This document shows, piece by piece, positions 29,905 to 38,952 of a DNA stretch of 64,000 bases. This DNA comes from an uncultured Flavobacteriales bacterium (GTDB taxonomy: Bacteria > Bacteroidota > Bacteroidia > Flavobacteriales_D > Sanyastnellaceae). The first letter of the stretch is position 1. Each line of letters begins with the position of its first letter. The DNA lies in NCBI GenBank assembly GCA_963932755.1, contig CAWVRV010000002.1:567-64566 (forward strand), given 5' to 3'. The translations under genes and the position numbers were made by a program. Below the pieces are notes generated by a model that made no database searches, was not told where the DNA came from, and worked only from the letters and a program-made list of their open reading frames with translations.

Positions 29905-30690
29905 TTAAAGTGATGCTGTTCGTCCTCCATCTACTGGCAGGTTTATTCCACTGATATAGTCCGCTGCTGGCGTGCATAAGAACGCGATCGCTCCCCCTAT
30001 TTCTTCGGGCTCTCCAAACCTTCCCGCTGGAACTGCTCCCACCATCGATTTTGTGATGATTTCTTGCGTTGTGTTTCCCTTTTGTGCCTTGGCCTCAATA
30101 ATGTTTTGTAGTCTTCCAGTATTTGTAGCTCCGGGAAGTACATTGTTTACTCTGATCCCATATTTGCCTTCTTCATTCGCGAGTGTTTTTGACCAATTCG
30201 CGACAGCACCTCTAATCGTGTTAGAGACGCCCAGGCCATTGAGTGGCGCTTTGACAGAAGTACTGATCACATTCACAATTCTACCGTGTCCTCTCTCTCT
30301 CATCCCTGGGAGGACAGCTTGAGTTAATACGTGATTGCACAAGAGATGCTGTTCAAATGTTTTTGTAAACTCTTCAATACCAGCGTCAGCAATGGCGCCT
30401 CCTTTGGGGCCTCCAGTATTGTTCACGAGAATGTCTATTTTCTCAGAAGAAGTTAGCTTTAACGCGACCTCCTTTACCTCATTGTGGTTGCTGAAATCGG
30501 CCACCACAAAACCGTGTGCTCCACTGTTTACTTTTGGCAAATCCGACACGGCGATTTTCAATTTGTCAGCATTTCGCGCCATGAGTGTCACTCTAGCGCC
30601 AAGCTCCGCAAGTTCTCTTGCAGCCGCCAATCCAATTCCCTGTGATGCTCCGCAAATGAGAGCGTGTCTTCCTTCTAAAGATAGATTCAT
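29905..30690 (-). CDS. Short-chain dehydrogenase/reductase family protein (atypical active-site motif)
   Basis: GASQGIG cofactor loop and NNTGG. By hand alignment the canonical YxxxK seems replaced (..GVSNTIRGAVANWSK..). ATG at 30690 (MNLSLEG..) is preferred over 30738 because a -7 box lies at 30696-30703. Confidence 0.8.
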   Translation of the reverse strand: MNLSLEGRHALICGASQGIGLAAARELAELGARVTLMARNADKLKIAVSDLPKVNSGAHGFVVADFSNHNEVKEVALKLTSSEKIDILVNNTGGPKGGAIADAGIEEFTKTFEQHLLCNHVLTQAVLPGMRERGHGRIVNVISTSVKAPLNGLGVSNTIRGAVANWSKTLANEEGKYGIRVNNVLPGATNTGRLQNIIEAKAQKGNTTQEIITKSMVGAVPAGRFGEPEEIGGAIAFLCTPAADYISGINLPVDGGRTASL

Positions 30691-30695
30691 ACAGG

Positions 30696-30703
30696 CAAAT
30701 GTA
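30696..30703 (-). promoter_or_regulatory. Putative -7 promoter box TACATTTG, 5 nt upstream of the SDR ATG (30690)
   Basis: Exact TAnnTTTG on the minus strand, within a 48-bp divergent intergenic region. Confidence 0.4.
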
Positions 30704-30738
30704 AGGATTGCTTTCGATGATAGCATAACTTTACACAC

Positions 30739-31131
30739 ATGAAGAAATTAGAACACATAGGGATTGCTGTTTTAGATCTCGAAGCTGCTGAAAAAATCTT
30801 CAGCGATGTATTGGGAGAATTGCCTTATAAGCGCGAAGTGGTGGATTCAGAAAGTGTGCTTACTTCTTTCTTTCATGCCGGTGATTCGAAAATCGAGCTT
30901 CTTCAATCTACTTCTGCGGATGGCCCCATTGCGCGCCACATTTCAAAGAGGGGAGAAGGATTGCACCACCTTGCTTTTCAAGTCGATGATCTTGACGCTG
31001 AAATTACAGAATTGGAAGCCAAAGGATATCGATGTATCGCGGGTCCCAAGGATGGCGCAGACGGTAAACGCATCGCTTTTCTCCATCCTTCGGACACGTC
31101 AAAAGTCCTTGTGGAACTCTGTGCGGGATAG
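30739..31131 (+). CDS. mce: Methylmalonyl-CoA epimerase (VOC/glyoxalase fold)
   Basis: 130 aa with KLEHIGIAV, HHLAFQVDD and IAFLHP motifs typical of the epimerase subgroup. Confidence 0.8.
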   Translation: MKKLEHIGIAVLDLEAAEKIFSDVLGELPYKREVVDSESVLTSFFHAGDSKIELLQSTSADGPIARHISKRGEGLHHLAFQVDDLDAEITELEAKGYRCIAGPKDGADGKRIAFLHPSDTSKVLVELCAG

Positions 31132-31159
31132 ATCCGCAATTCGACACCCTTTATTCAGT

Positions 31160-32092
31160 TTACCCGCGTTTGTTCTTCCGCTTCTTTGTTTTTCTCCCCT
31201 TCCTCATATCCTTCCCGAACAGTTCTTTTGCTTTTTCCGAATGGGTGGGAGCGGCACATGATCCTGCTGGTTTAGGAGGCTTTAGGCCAAACAAATCCCA
31301 ATGTAACATCACTCGATATGGCCTGTAGTTTCCGACCAACCATGGGAGCTTGGAGGTGGCATTGATGGGTGCAAGTTGCAGAATATCAGCCCCGAATTGA
31401 ATGCGGAGATACCTCCCTCGCCACATCATGATTCCAGCTCCTGCGCGTATTTCGAAACTGGCAGAATATGGAGATATTTCTGATTCAACACCAAATCCAG
31501 AATCTTCGGAAAGGTATAATGGGGTTGAAGAAATAAACTCAAAATCAGAAACGAAATCACATCCAAAAGTCGCCCCTATACCTAATTCTAAGAATACATC
31601 TTGTGAAAGCGTAAATGCACGCAGCGCTGCACAATGAATCCCCAAGTGAATCGATTGACCCACTCCCGTGATCGAGCTGTCTATAGGGAGTCCTATTGCG
31701 TCTGTTTGCAATGTGGGCTCTGCAATGCGTCCATGAAACGTCTCTGATATTGAACGTCTTGAGCCTGTCACGCCAACAGTGATTCTGTCCGCAAGAAGAG
31801 GTCGTTTGACCACAAAGATTTTACCTATTCCTCCAGTCAAGTGTATTCCTCCGTCCGGAGTCCATGTACCAGAATATACAGTGTCAATGGAGGTAGAAGA
31901 TGTGTTTGCTAAAAGGATTTCATCTTCGAATGGAGAATGAGATCCACCCAGTCCAGAGATTCCAAGTGACAAAGTCCACCCTGAAGATTTGTAGTCAGAT
32001 AAGGTGGGCGTAAAGAATGAGGTTTGTGCGGAAATGGAGTTGTGCGACAGCAAAATGAAGCTTATTGCAAAAGAAACAGTCCGCTTAGACAT
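31160..32092 (-). CDS. Hypothetical secreted beta-rich protein with polybasic C-terminal tail
   Basis: Signal peptide (..LLSHNSISAQ), a Gly/Ser-rich alternating beta pattern, and the tail KDMRKGRKTKKRKNKRG. The start overlaps the kmo stop by 8 nt. Confidence 0.5.
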   Translation of the reverse strand: MSKRTVSFAISFILLSHNSISAQTSFFTPTLSDYKSSGWTLSLGISGLGGSHSPFEDEILLANTSSTSIDTVYSGTWTPDGGIHLTGGIGKIFVVKRPLLADRITVGVTGSRRSISETFHGRIAEPTLQTDAIGLPIDSSITGVGQSIHLGIHCAALRAFTLSQDVFLELGIGATFGCDFVSDFEFISSTPLYLSEDSGFGVESEISPYSASFEIRAGAGIMMWRGRYLRIQFGADILQLAPINATSKLPWLVGNYRPYRVMLHWDLFGLKPPKPAGSCAAPTHSEKAKELFGKDMRKGRKTKKRKNKRG

Positions 32093-33518
32093 CCGTGCTT
32101 AGTAGGGGTACGGGGCGGTCGATGGCGTCTTTTCCAGATTCAAACAAGTCGAGCTGTTCAATGGCTTGAGCAACGATTTCATCGTTCTCCCAGTTTTGTG
32201 AGATGTCCGGAGAAGCCATTATTTTATTCATGACGGCTTGTTGGATCTCTCCGCGAGACCATGCGTCCGCATAGTGGATATGGCTGAACGTTACAAGTGT
32301 GTAAAGAGGTTTCCAACGGTCTGGATGGGCTGCTGCAATGCGCGCTTCTATTCGTTTTTGAATCAGATAGTCAGGGTCTCCTGTTTTGTCGCGCATCACG
32401 ATATAGTTGTGGAGCGCGAGGTCCAGGATTGCATCTCCAGCGGGTTTCCTGACTTGCGTGTATTTGTCCAACAGTGATTGCCACTCAGCTTCGCTTTGCG
32501 GTTTAGATTCATCAATTAATGAACTGAGAATTGTACAGTCTTCAAAGCCAGAATTCATTCCCTGACCGAAGAATGGAACCATGGCATGCGCTGCGTCGCC
32601 GATAATGACGACACGTGACTTTATATTCCAAGGGTGACATTTTACAGTGCAAAGAGAGCTGACGGGATTTGAATTCCAGTCGTCAATGAGATTGGGGAGG
32701 TGTTGAATGGCATCTGGAAAATGGCGTTTGAAAAATGCCATTACGTCACCATTAGATTTGATGTTGTCGAATGATTCCTCTCCTTCATAAGGTGCGAAAA
32801 GAGTACATGTGAAAGTTCCGCCAGGATTGGGAAGTGCCATTAACATGAAATTCCCTCTTGGCCAAATATGTAATCCGTCCTCGGATATTCTAAACCCACC
32901 TTGAGGGTTGGCCGACATGAAAATCTCCTTGTACCCGTGAGGAAGATATTGTTGGGAGAAGTCGAAGCGATTTGTTCGCGTCATTTTCCCTCTGATCGCA
33001 CTAAAGGCACCGTCGGCGCCAAAAATTCTATCGTGAAGGACATCGGGTCTGTTTTTAAAATTCATCGTTACCCCAGAACCCCCGTCGTGATCCTCAATGT
33101 TATACCCTGTACTTATGAAGTCGAATTTAACCTCTAGAGAGGGGTGTTCTTCTGCAGCCTTCACTAAAATGAGGTTGAGACCAGATCTAGACACCGAATA
33201 AATACATTGATCTCCTACTCCATAAGCTTGGAATGTCTCATTTCCGGAGTGGTCATGTATTCGGCGACCTTTGATGGGGAGCGCGATTTCACGGACTCGA
33301 TCAGCGACACCTGCTTTTTCTAGTGCACGCCAACCTCGATCACTTAGCGCAAGGTTGATGGAGCGACCTTCTATTGCTTTGCCTTTTCGTGGGTCAGACC
33401 TGCGGTCATATATGGTGACTTTGTACCCACGTTGAGCGAGCATAAGCCCAAGCAAACTGCCCACCAGTCCAGCGCCTACAACGGCATGATGTTCTTGATT
33501 CTGAATCCCAGTGTTCAT
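32085..33518 (-). CDS. kmo: Kynurenine 3-monooxygenase (FAD-dependent)
   Basis: GAGLVGS dinucleotide loop, RSINLALSDRG, HGYKE, IWPRGNFMLMALPN, FTCTLF and GDAAHAMVPFFGQGMNSGFEDC. Confidence 0.9.
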   Translation of the reverse strand: MNTGIQNQEHHAVVGAGLVGSLLGLMLAQRGYKVTIYDRRSDPRKGKAIEGRSINLALSDRGWRALEKAGVADRVREIALPIKGRRIHDHSGNETFQAYGVGDQCIYSVSRSGLNLILVKAAEEHPSLEVKFDFISTGYNIEDHDGGSGVTMNFKNRPDVLHDRIFGADGAFSAIRGKMTRTNRFDFSQQYLPHGYKEIFMSANPQGGFRISEDGLHIWPRGNFMLMALPNPGGTFTCTLFAPYEGEESFDNIKSNGDVMAFFKRHFPDAIQHLPNLIDDWNSNPVSSLCTVKCHPWNIKSRVVIIGDAAHAMVPFFGQGMNSGFEDCTILSSLIDESKPQSEAEWQSLLDKYTQVRKPAGDAILDLALHNYIVMRDKTGDPDYLIQKRIEARIAAAHPDRWKPLYTLVTFSHIHYADAWSRGEIQQAVMNKIMASPDISQNWENDEIVAQAIEQLDLFESGKDAIDRPVPLLSTDV

Positions 33519-34682
33519 TTATGAAATTGCTTTAAATGCGCGCTTAAGGTCATCAATGATATCCAAAGAATCTTCCACTCCGAGACTGAGTCGAATCAGT
33601 CCGTCAGTGACTCCGACTTTCTCCCTCACCTCTTTCGGTATAGAAGCGTGAGTCATCGATGCAGGATGTCCTATAAGCGACTCAACTCCTCCAAGAGATT
33701 CAGCCAATGTGAACAGCTCAGTAGATTCAATAAATTTATTTGCAGTTTCAAGGTCGTCGCCTTTAATTTTAAAAGCGATCATTCCTCCAAAATCAGACAT
33801 CTGACGGGCTGCTACTTGATGTCCGGGATGACTTTCAAGTCCAGGCCAATAGATCTTCTCGACTTGATCATTCGTTTTTAAGTAATCTACGACTGCACGT
33901 CCGTTCTCACAGTGGCGCTGCATTCTCAAATGAAGTGTTTTGATTCCACGTAGTACGAGGAAGCTGTCCATGGGACCAGCAATGGCGCCACACGAATTTT
34001 GTAACGTGCGAAGTTTTTCATCAAGTGCATCATCGTTGACCATCAAACATCCCATGACGACATCTGAATGGCCACCGAGATATTTTGTTGCTGAATGCAT
34101 CACCACATCTGCACCCAGTGCAAGAGGCTGCTGAAGCATAGGTGTTGCGAATGTGTTGTCTACACAAACGAGTATGTTTTTCCCCTTGACTGCATTTGCG
34201 ACAGCTTCAATATCTGTGATTTGCATCATCGGATTTGTAGGTGTTTCAATCCAAATCATTCTTGTATTTTCATTCACCAGACCCTCAAGACTCGTCTTCG
34301 GATCGTCAAGGTTTATGAAATGAAATTTTATTCCATAGTTTGCAAAAACTGAATTGAAAAGTCTGTAGCTTCCTCCATACAAGTCGTTCGTAGAAATAAC
34401 TTCGTCCCCAGGCTTAAGGGTTTTCAATAGGTTGTCTATCGCTGCGAGACCAGACGCAAATGCCATTCCGTGTTTCGCACCTTCAAGCTCTGCAAAAGCA
34501 TTTTCAAGTGCATGTCGTGTTGGGTTCTGTGTTCGAGAGTACTCGTACCCTTTGTGCTCTCCGACTTTGGTTTGGACGTAAGTCGACGTCAGGTAAACAG
34601 GAGTCATAATCGCTCCTGTAGCAGGGTCGTGTTTTACACCAGCGTGAACAGCCCTTGTGCCTTTTCCTTTTCTTTGTTTCAT
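33519..34682 (-). CDS. Cys/Met-metabolism PLP enzyme (cystathionine gamma-synthase / beta- or gamma-lyase family)
   Basis: TRAVHAG N-terminus and the PLP-lysine motif HSATKYLGGHSD. ATG at 34682 (MKQRKGKG..) is preferred over the extended ORF start at 34772. Confidence 0.9.
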   Translation of the reverse strand: MKQRKGKGTRAVHAGVKHDPATGAIMTPVYLTSTYVQTKVGEHKGYEYSRTQNPTRHALENAFAELEGAKHGMAFASGLAAIDNLLKTLKPGDEVISTNDLYGGSYRLFNSVFANYGIKFHFINLDDPKTSLEGLVNENTRMIWIETPTNPMMQITDIEAVANAVKGKNILVCVDNTFATPMLQQPLALGADVVMHSATKYLGGHSDVVMGCLMVNDDALDEKLRTLQNSCGAIAGPMDSFLVLRGIKTLHLRMQRHCENGRAVVDYLKTNDQVEKIYWPGLESHPGHQVAARQMSDFGGMIAFKIKGDDLETANKFIESTELFTLAESLGGVESLIGHPASMTHASIPKEVREKVGVTDGLIRLSLGVEDSLDIIDDLKRAFKAIS

Positions 34683-34713
34683 AATGATCGTTTTCTTGTT
34701 AGCGTAAGTAAAG

Positions 34714-35748
34714 TTAAGAAGATTTAGTATTGATTTTAACCAACCATCTAGGAAGTAAAATTGAGCCGACAATTAGATAGATGAAATACGTCAGGATTCT
34801 CCAAACCAGTACCGATACACCTCCCACTACAGCGACTCCTTGCATGAAGATAGGAAGGGAGAACTCAGCAATACCAGAGGCTCCAGGTGTAGGGCTTACG
34901 AGCATTGCGATCCAAAGTGACAACTGCCTTGCAAAGACCTCTAAGTTTTGAACCGAGTCAAAGAAAATATACAAGACGGCATTTAGTATTAAAAATCTGG
35001 AGGTCCAGCTCACAAAAGTTACTCCCAGAGTCTTCAGCCACATCGTTGTCGATGCTCCTTGTAAACTTTCTGATGCGCGCATCCAATCATCGGTCAATGA
35101 TTCTGCCCAGCGCTTCCATCTCCTCAACCACCTCATTCTAAATAGTGTCAAGAAAATCTCCCGAGTCCTTTTTGGACGAATAAATAAAACAAATAAAATC
35201 AACAGCGTTAATGCGCAGTGAATAGAATATCCTGTCCAAAAAATGGATTGGATACTCAGCTGTGCCGTCTCGCTTAACCCCTCTGGAATAAAGACCTCAG
35301 TTCCGATTGCAAAAACGAATATGGGAACGACAAAAACGTAGAAAAATTCATCCATTAATGAAGTGGCGAGCACAGTTGCAACACTTCGGCCAAGTGTCAT
35401 ACCCTCACGTTTCATAATGTAAATGGCAATGGGACTTCCTCCGATTACGGACGGGGTTATGGCGGATGCAAACTCCCAAAGCAATACAACACGGAGTGAA
35501 CTCCGCCAATCAAATTGCCCCATCGAAAGAATTTTCACCCGAGCCATATACGCAAGATCTCGAATCAATACGAGTCCGATTGCAGCTGCAAAAGCCCAAG
35601 CAGACCTTTGCGAGAACTCAATTTCACGGATCTCCACGAGATCATCTCCGTATAAATATAGGATCGCTCCTAACCCCATAATTGTAGGAATTAGAGCTTT
35701 ATATCTATTCCCACTTGGAAATGTGTCTTTCTCGTTACTCTTGAACAT
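34714..35748 (-). CDS. Lysylphosphatidylglycerol-synthase-TM-like (flippase-like, UPF0104) membrane protein
   Basis: 344-aa polytopic protein whose topology and sequence pattern resemble the MprF TM/UPF0104 family. A paralogous family member lies at 41446-42432. Confidence 0.65.
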   Translation of the reverse strand: MFKSNEKDTFPSGNRYKALIPTIMGLGAILYLYGDDLVEIREIEFSQRSAWAFAAAIGLVLIRDLAYMARVKILSMGQFDWRSSLRVVLLWEFASAITPSVIGGSPIAIYIMKREGMTLGRSVATVLATSLMDEFFYVFVVPIFVFAIGTEVFIPEGLSETAQLSIQSIFWTGYSIHCALTLLILFVLFIRPKRTREIFLTLFRMRWLRRWKRWAESLTDDWMRASESLQGASTTMWLKTLGVTFVSWTSRFLILNAVLYIFFDSVQNLEVFARQLSLWIAMLVSPTPGASGIAEFSLPIFMQGVAVVGGVSVLVWRILTYFIYLIVGSILLPRWLVKINTKSS

Positions 35749-35802
35749 TTGTTCTCCAAATCAGCTCGCTCAACAGCCCCTGAATTTTGTAAAATAGGTG
35801 GA

Positions 35803-37719
35803 TTAAAACGAGTTATACTTGTTTGATATTGACTTTCGATTCTCCAATGTCCGTCCAAACAAAGGGTTCCAAACCACCCCGCCACTTAGCTGAAAGAATA
35901 AATCACTCTCTACGGATCGGTATAAACAACCATCCGCTTTAATTGCGATGCAACTTCTCCTACTCTTAAAAGGAATCTGAATACCAAAGGTTGTAAAATA
36001 ATTGCTCTCAGAAAAATCGATGGTTGTGGAAAAGGCCCCTTTATTTCTCATTCCCACTCCGAAATGCCAAAAATCATTGCGATACATATCTAAGCTAAGT
36101 TCCCACCCTTGAGAATCTTCATATGTATGCATTTGGTGATCTTCAGAATCTGCGATCATCCTGTTAGTGGTAAAATCTAGATGGCTGTATTTTAAGCCTA
36201 TTAGATTGGACTTAGACTTGTCTGAAGTTGTCTCTCCCTTCGTTTCAATCAATGCTTCTTTGATACGTCTCAGATATATGGCGCCTGTATAGGCCGTATA
36301 TCCAGAAATTACTTCATAAACAGGTTGTGCGGTAAAAAGATTACTGGCCTCAGTAGGGTTGGATCGAAACTCAGCCCCAAAAGAAGCAGAGAACTTATGT
36401 GGCATTTTACCACGCGCATTTGACAGATCCATCTTTTTACATTTTTTGCCAAATTTCTTTTTGTATGAAATGATCTGGTCATCTTCAAGAAGACTGGCAT
36501 TGTCAGCAATCAATTTCTGAATCGTACTCCAGCCCTCAGTGTACTGTTTGTCATCCCATTTCTTCTGAAGTGATTTCATGACCACTTTTCTTCTCAAGTC
36601 TTTTAAATCACGGTGGACCTCCTCATACTCTTGTAAGTTGACAATTCTAATCTTTTCAAGATCACCAACCATTTTTATGGCAAGGTTCAGGTTTTCTTCA
36701 TTTATTGCCAATTCTGCTTCGTAAATGGTTTTCGAAAATAGAGCGCCTTCAATTTTTTTCAGAGCAGACGAAACCACAGTGTCTTCTGGGAAATATGTTA
36801 GAAATTCACCCATGACACCTATGCAATAGAGGGGGCTGTCTCTTTCACGCGTGTTTATTTCAAGCACATGTTGTCTGTATTGAATATTTACATTCTGACG
36901 TAAATCCTGAATCTCTTCTCGGTTTTTATAGACAATCTCTAATTGTAGCACCAGCTTCACGGCACTTGCGTAATTCTCTTCTTGCATGAATGCGATGACT
37001 CTCCCCTGATCTTCTTGGAGCTTCTTTTCAGACCCCATTTCTTTGACTTGTTGAATTAATCGGCTCAAATTCACAGCCAATTCGGAATATTTTACGTGAT
37101 TTACATTTGGATCTAGCCAAATCGCACTTCCCCAATATTGTTTCGCATCATCTAATTTACTCTCATACTCGAACAAAGAGGAGGAACTCTTACTAGCGAT
37201 TGAAACCTCGACCTCTGCAATGCAATTGTTTAATAAACCTATAGCTTTATCTATAAGAACTGTTGCACTGACGCTTCGGTCAATGACTCTCAATGCAAAC
37301 TGGTAACGTTTGTCTGCAAAATCTTTTTTGAATTTAAATTGAAACGATGCTGAAACTGTGATGTTTAGTTTCTCGGAAAATTCAGTTTTGGTTATGACAG
37401 TCTGTTTGTTGTCCTCCCAATTGTCCTCTTGTCGTGTTTGTTGATCTGTGACCGTATTGATCTTTACAGAGATCCTACTCGCCAATTCTTCTTTCAAGTC
37501 TTTGTCTAACTTAACCTTGGCTTTCTCGATTTCACCAGCGTTCATTTTCTTGATGTAAATACTGTCAAGTACTGAAATGAAATTGTCGGTAGGATAGGTT
37601 CTTTCTATCCATGATTTTGAAAGCCAAGATGGTCTTTCAGCCTTTCCACGGTTGTTTTGAGAATACCCTGAAAATGCGCAGAGGGCCAGTAATATTGTTA
37701 GTAAAAAGATCCGTATCAT
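35803..37719 (-). CDS. Hypothetical secreted/outer-membrane protein (638 aa)
   Basis: Signal peptide MIRIFLLTILLALCAFSGYSQ, a long Lys/Glu-rich helical middle and a C-terminal ~190 aa with beta-strand alternation ending in ..NKYNSF (aromatic terminus). Confidence 0.55.
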   Translation of the reverse strand: MIRIFLLTILLALCAFSGYSQNNRGKAERPSWLSKSWIERTYPTDNFISVLDSIYIKKMNAGEIEKAKVKLDKDLKEELASRISVKINTVTDQQTRQEDNWEDNKQTVITKTEFSEKLNITVSASFQFKFKKDFADKRYQFALRVIDRSVSATVLIDKAIGLLNNCIAEVEVSIASKSSSSLFEYESKLDDAKQYWGSAIWLDPNVNHVKYSELAVNLSRLIQQVKEMGSEKKLQEDQGRVIAFMQEENYASAVKLVLQLEIVYKNREEIQDLRQNVNIQYRQHVLEINTRERDSPLYCIGVMGEFLTYFPEDTVVSSALKKIEGALFSKTIYEAELAINEENLNLAIKMVGDLEKIRIVNLQEYEEVHRDLKDLRRKVVMKSLQKKWDDKQYTEGWSTIQKLIADNASLLEDDQIISYKKKFGKKCKKMDLSNARGKMPHKFSASFGAEFRSNPTEASNLFTAQPVYEVISGYTAYTGAIYLRRIKEALIETKGETTSDKSKSNLIGLKYSHLDFTTNRMIADSEDHQMHTYEDSQGWELSLDMYRNDFWHFGVGMRNKGAFSTTIDFSESNYFTTFGIQIPFKSRRSCIAIKADGCLYRSVESDLFFQLSGGVVWNPLFGRTLENRKSISNKYNSF

Positions 37720-37894
37720 AGAGCGTGTTATTTGCCACAGGTAGGGACTACTCAGCGCTTTTGTCTGCCCTCTGGTATTGTGTCGTCAATAAAGTATTTA
37801 GGTAAAGTATATCTTAAAGATAAAGCTTATAATCAGTATTGTTGTGATAATCTATATAATTATTTTGTTGTAGAACCCTGCTCGGGTGATTTTT

Positions 37895-38908
37895 CTAGGC
37901 ATATGTTTTTGTCCCTTCGGAGCAATTCGTACACATTTTTATGGCCTTTCTGTCGGAGAATATATCCTGCCTGAAATCTTCGTATTCTTTTCCAGACCAA
38001 ACGGTTTCTATTTCGTTCGCCTTTCCCATTTCGTGTTTGGCATCTTTGTCAAAGCAACAGGGAACGATCTTTCCATCCCATGTCACCACGCATCCACTCC
38101 ACATTCTCCAGCACTCGTTCTTCATGGGGTTGCGAAGATTCCAACGGCCTGATTTAGGGTCTTTTTCGTAGCGATTTAGAGTGGGTGAGGTTGTGAGTAG
38201 GGGGTGGTCGTCATGAGGGTCGTCAAGTTGGGCTGTTTTAATCACCACTTCGTCCACGTTGTATTCTTTTGCAAGCGTTTTGATATCTTCCACTTGATGT
38301 TCATTTGGCTTTACTACCAGGAATTGCCAAACCACAAACGGTTTGCTGCTCCCTGAGTTTTTGCGTGCTTCGAGAACGTTACGCGTTCCTTCGAGAACTT
38401 TTTCTAGCGAGCCACCCACACGATACGCCGAGTATGTTTCTTGTGTCGTCCCGTCGATGGAGATGATGAGCCGGTCAAGTCCAGACGCAACTAGATCTTT
38501 TGATCTTTCGGGGTTCAAGTGATGTGCATTTGTCGATGTGGATGTGTACACGCCATTCTTTTTACATTCACGCACCAAGTCGTCCATTCCTTTGTGTAAA
38601 TAGGGTTCTCCCTGAAAATAGAGATTCACATAGACGAGCCATTTCCCCATTTGGGCCATGATGTTCTCGACCATCTCTAGCTCTACCATGCCAGTAGGTC
38701 GCGAGAAGCCTCTAAGTCCCGAAAGACATTCCGGACAACGCAAATTACATGACGTAGTGGGTTCTATGCTCAGAACCATGGGCCTGACTCCGGCCAACAT
38801 TTTACGTTTCTTAAATCCAAGCACAAGCTTAAATATATTCATCATGCGCCTCCAATTAAGTACGCGTAGACGTCTCCATCTGTCTTGAACTATTGCACGT
38901 GAATACAT
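37895..38908 (-). CDS. Radical SAM / SPASM-like domain protein
   Basis: CNLRCPEC (CxxxCxxC) after EPTTS, and a C-terminal Cys-rich auxiliary-cluster region (CWRMWSGC..VPCCFD..MCTNC). The start at 38908 is supported by a -7-like box 4 nt upstream. An alternative ATG lies at 38845. Confidence 0.85.
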   Translation of the reverse strand: MYSRAIVQDRWRRLRVLNWRRMMNIFKLVLGFKKRKMLAGVRPMVLSIEPTTSCNLRCPECLSGLRGFSRPTGMVELEMVENIMAQMGKWLVYVNLYFQGEPYLHKGMDDLVRECKKNGVYTSTSTNAHHLNPERSKDLVASGLDRLIISIDGTTQETYSAYRVGGSLEKVLEGTRNVLEARKNSGSSKPFVVWQFLVVKPNEHQVEDIKTLAKEYNVDEVVIKTAQLDDPHDDHPLLTTSPTLNRYEKDPKSGRWNLRNPMKNECWRMWSGCVVTWDGKIVPCCFDKDAKHEMGKANEIETVWSGKEYEDFRQDIFSDRKAIKMCTNCSEGTKTYA

Positions 38909-38944
38909 TGGCTAAAGGTAGTAAGTTCGACCGTGTTCACTACG

Positions 38945-38952
38945 TATATTTG
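38945..38952 (+). promoter_or_regulatory. Putative -7 promoter box TATATTTG, 5 nt upstream of the DUF3109 ATG (38958)
   Basis: Exact TAnnTTTG in a 49-bp divergent intergenic region. The mirror-image near-match TACCTTTA (minus strand, 38913-38920) lies 4 nt from the ATG at 38908. Confidence 0.4.

Noticed and set aside
37732-37974. 80-aa Cys-containing plus-strand ORF next to the radical SAM gene, considered as a possible RiPP precursor.
   Set aside because: It overlaps the 3' end of the radical SAM gene on the opposite strand and begins at a non-ATG codon with no promoter box. It is more likely a shadow ORF. The minus strand of the 175-bp spacer contains no ATG at all.
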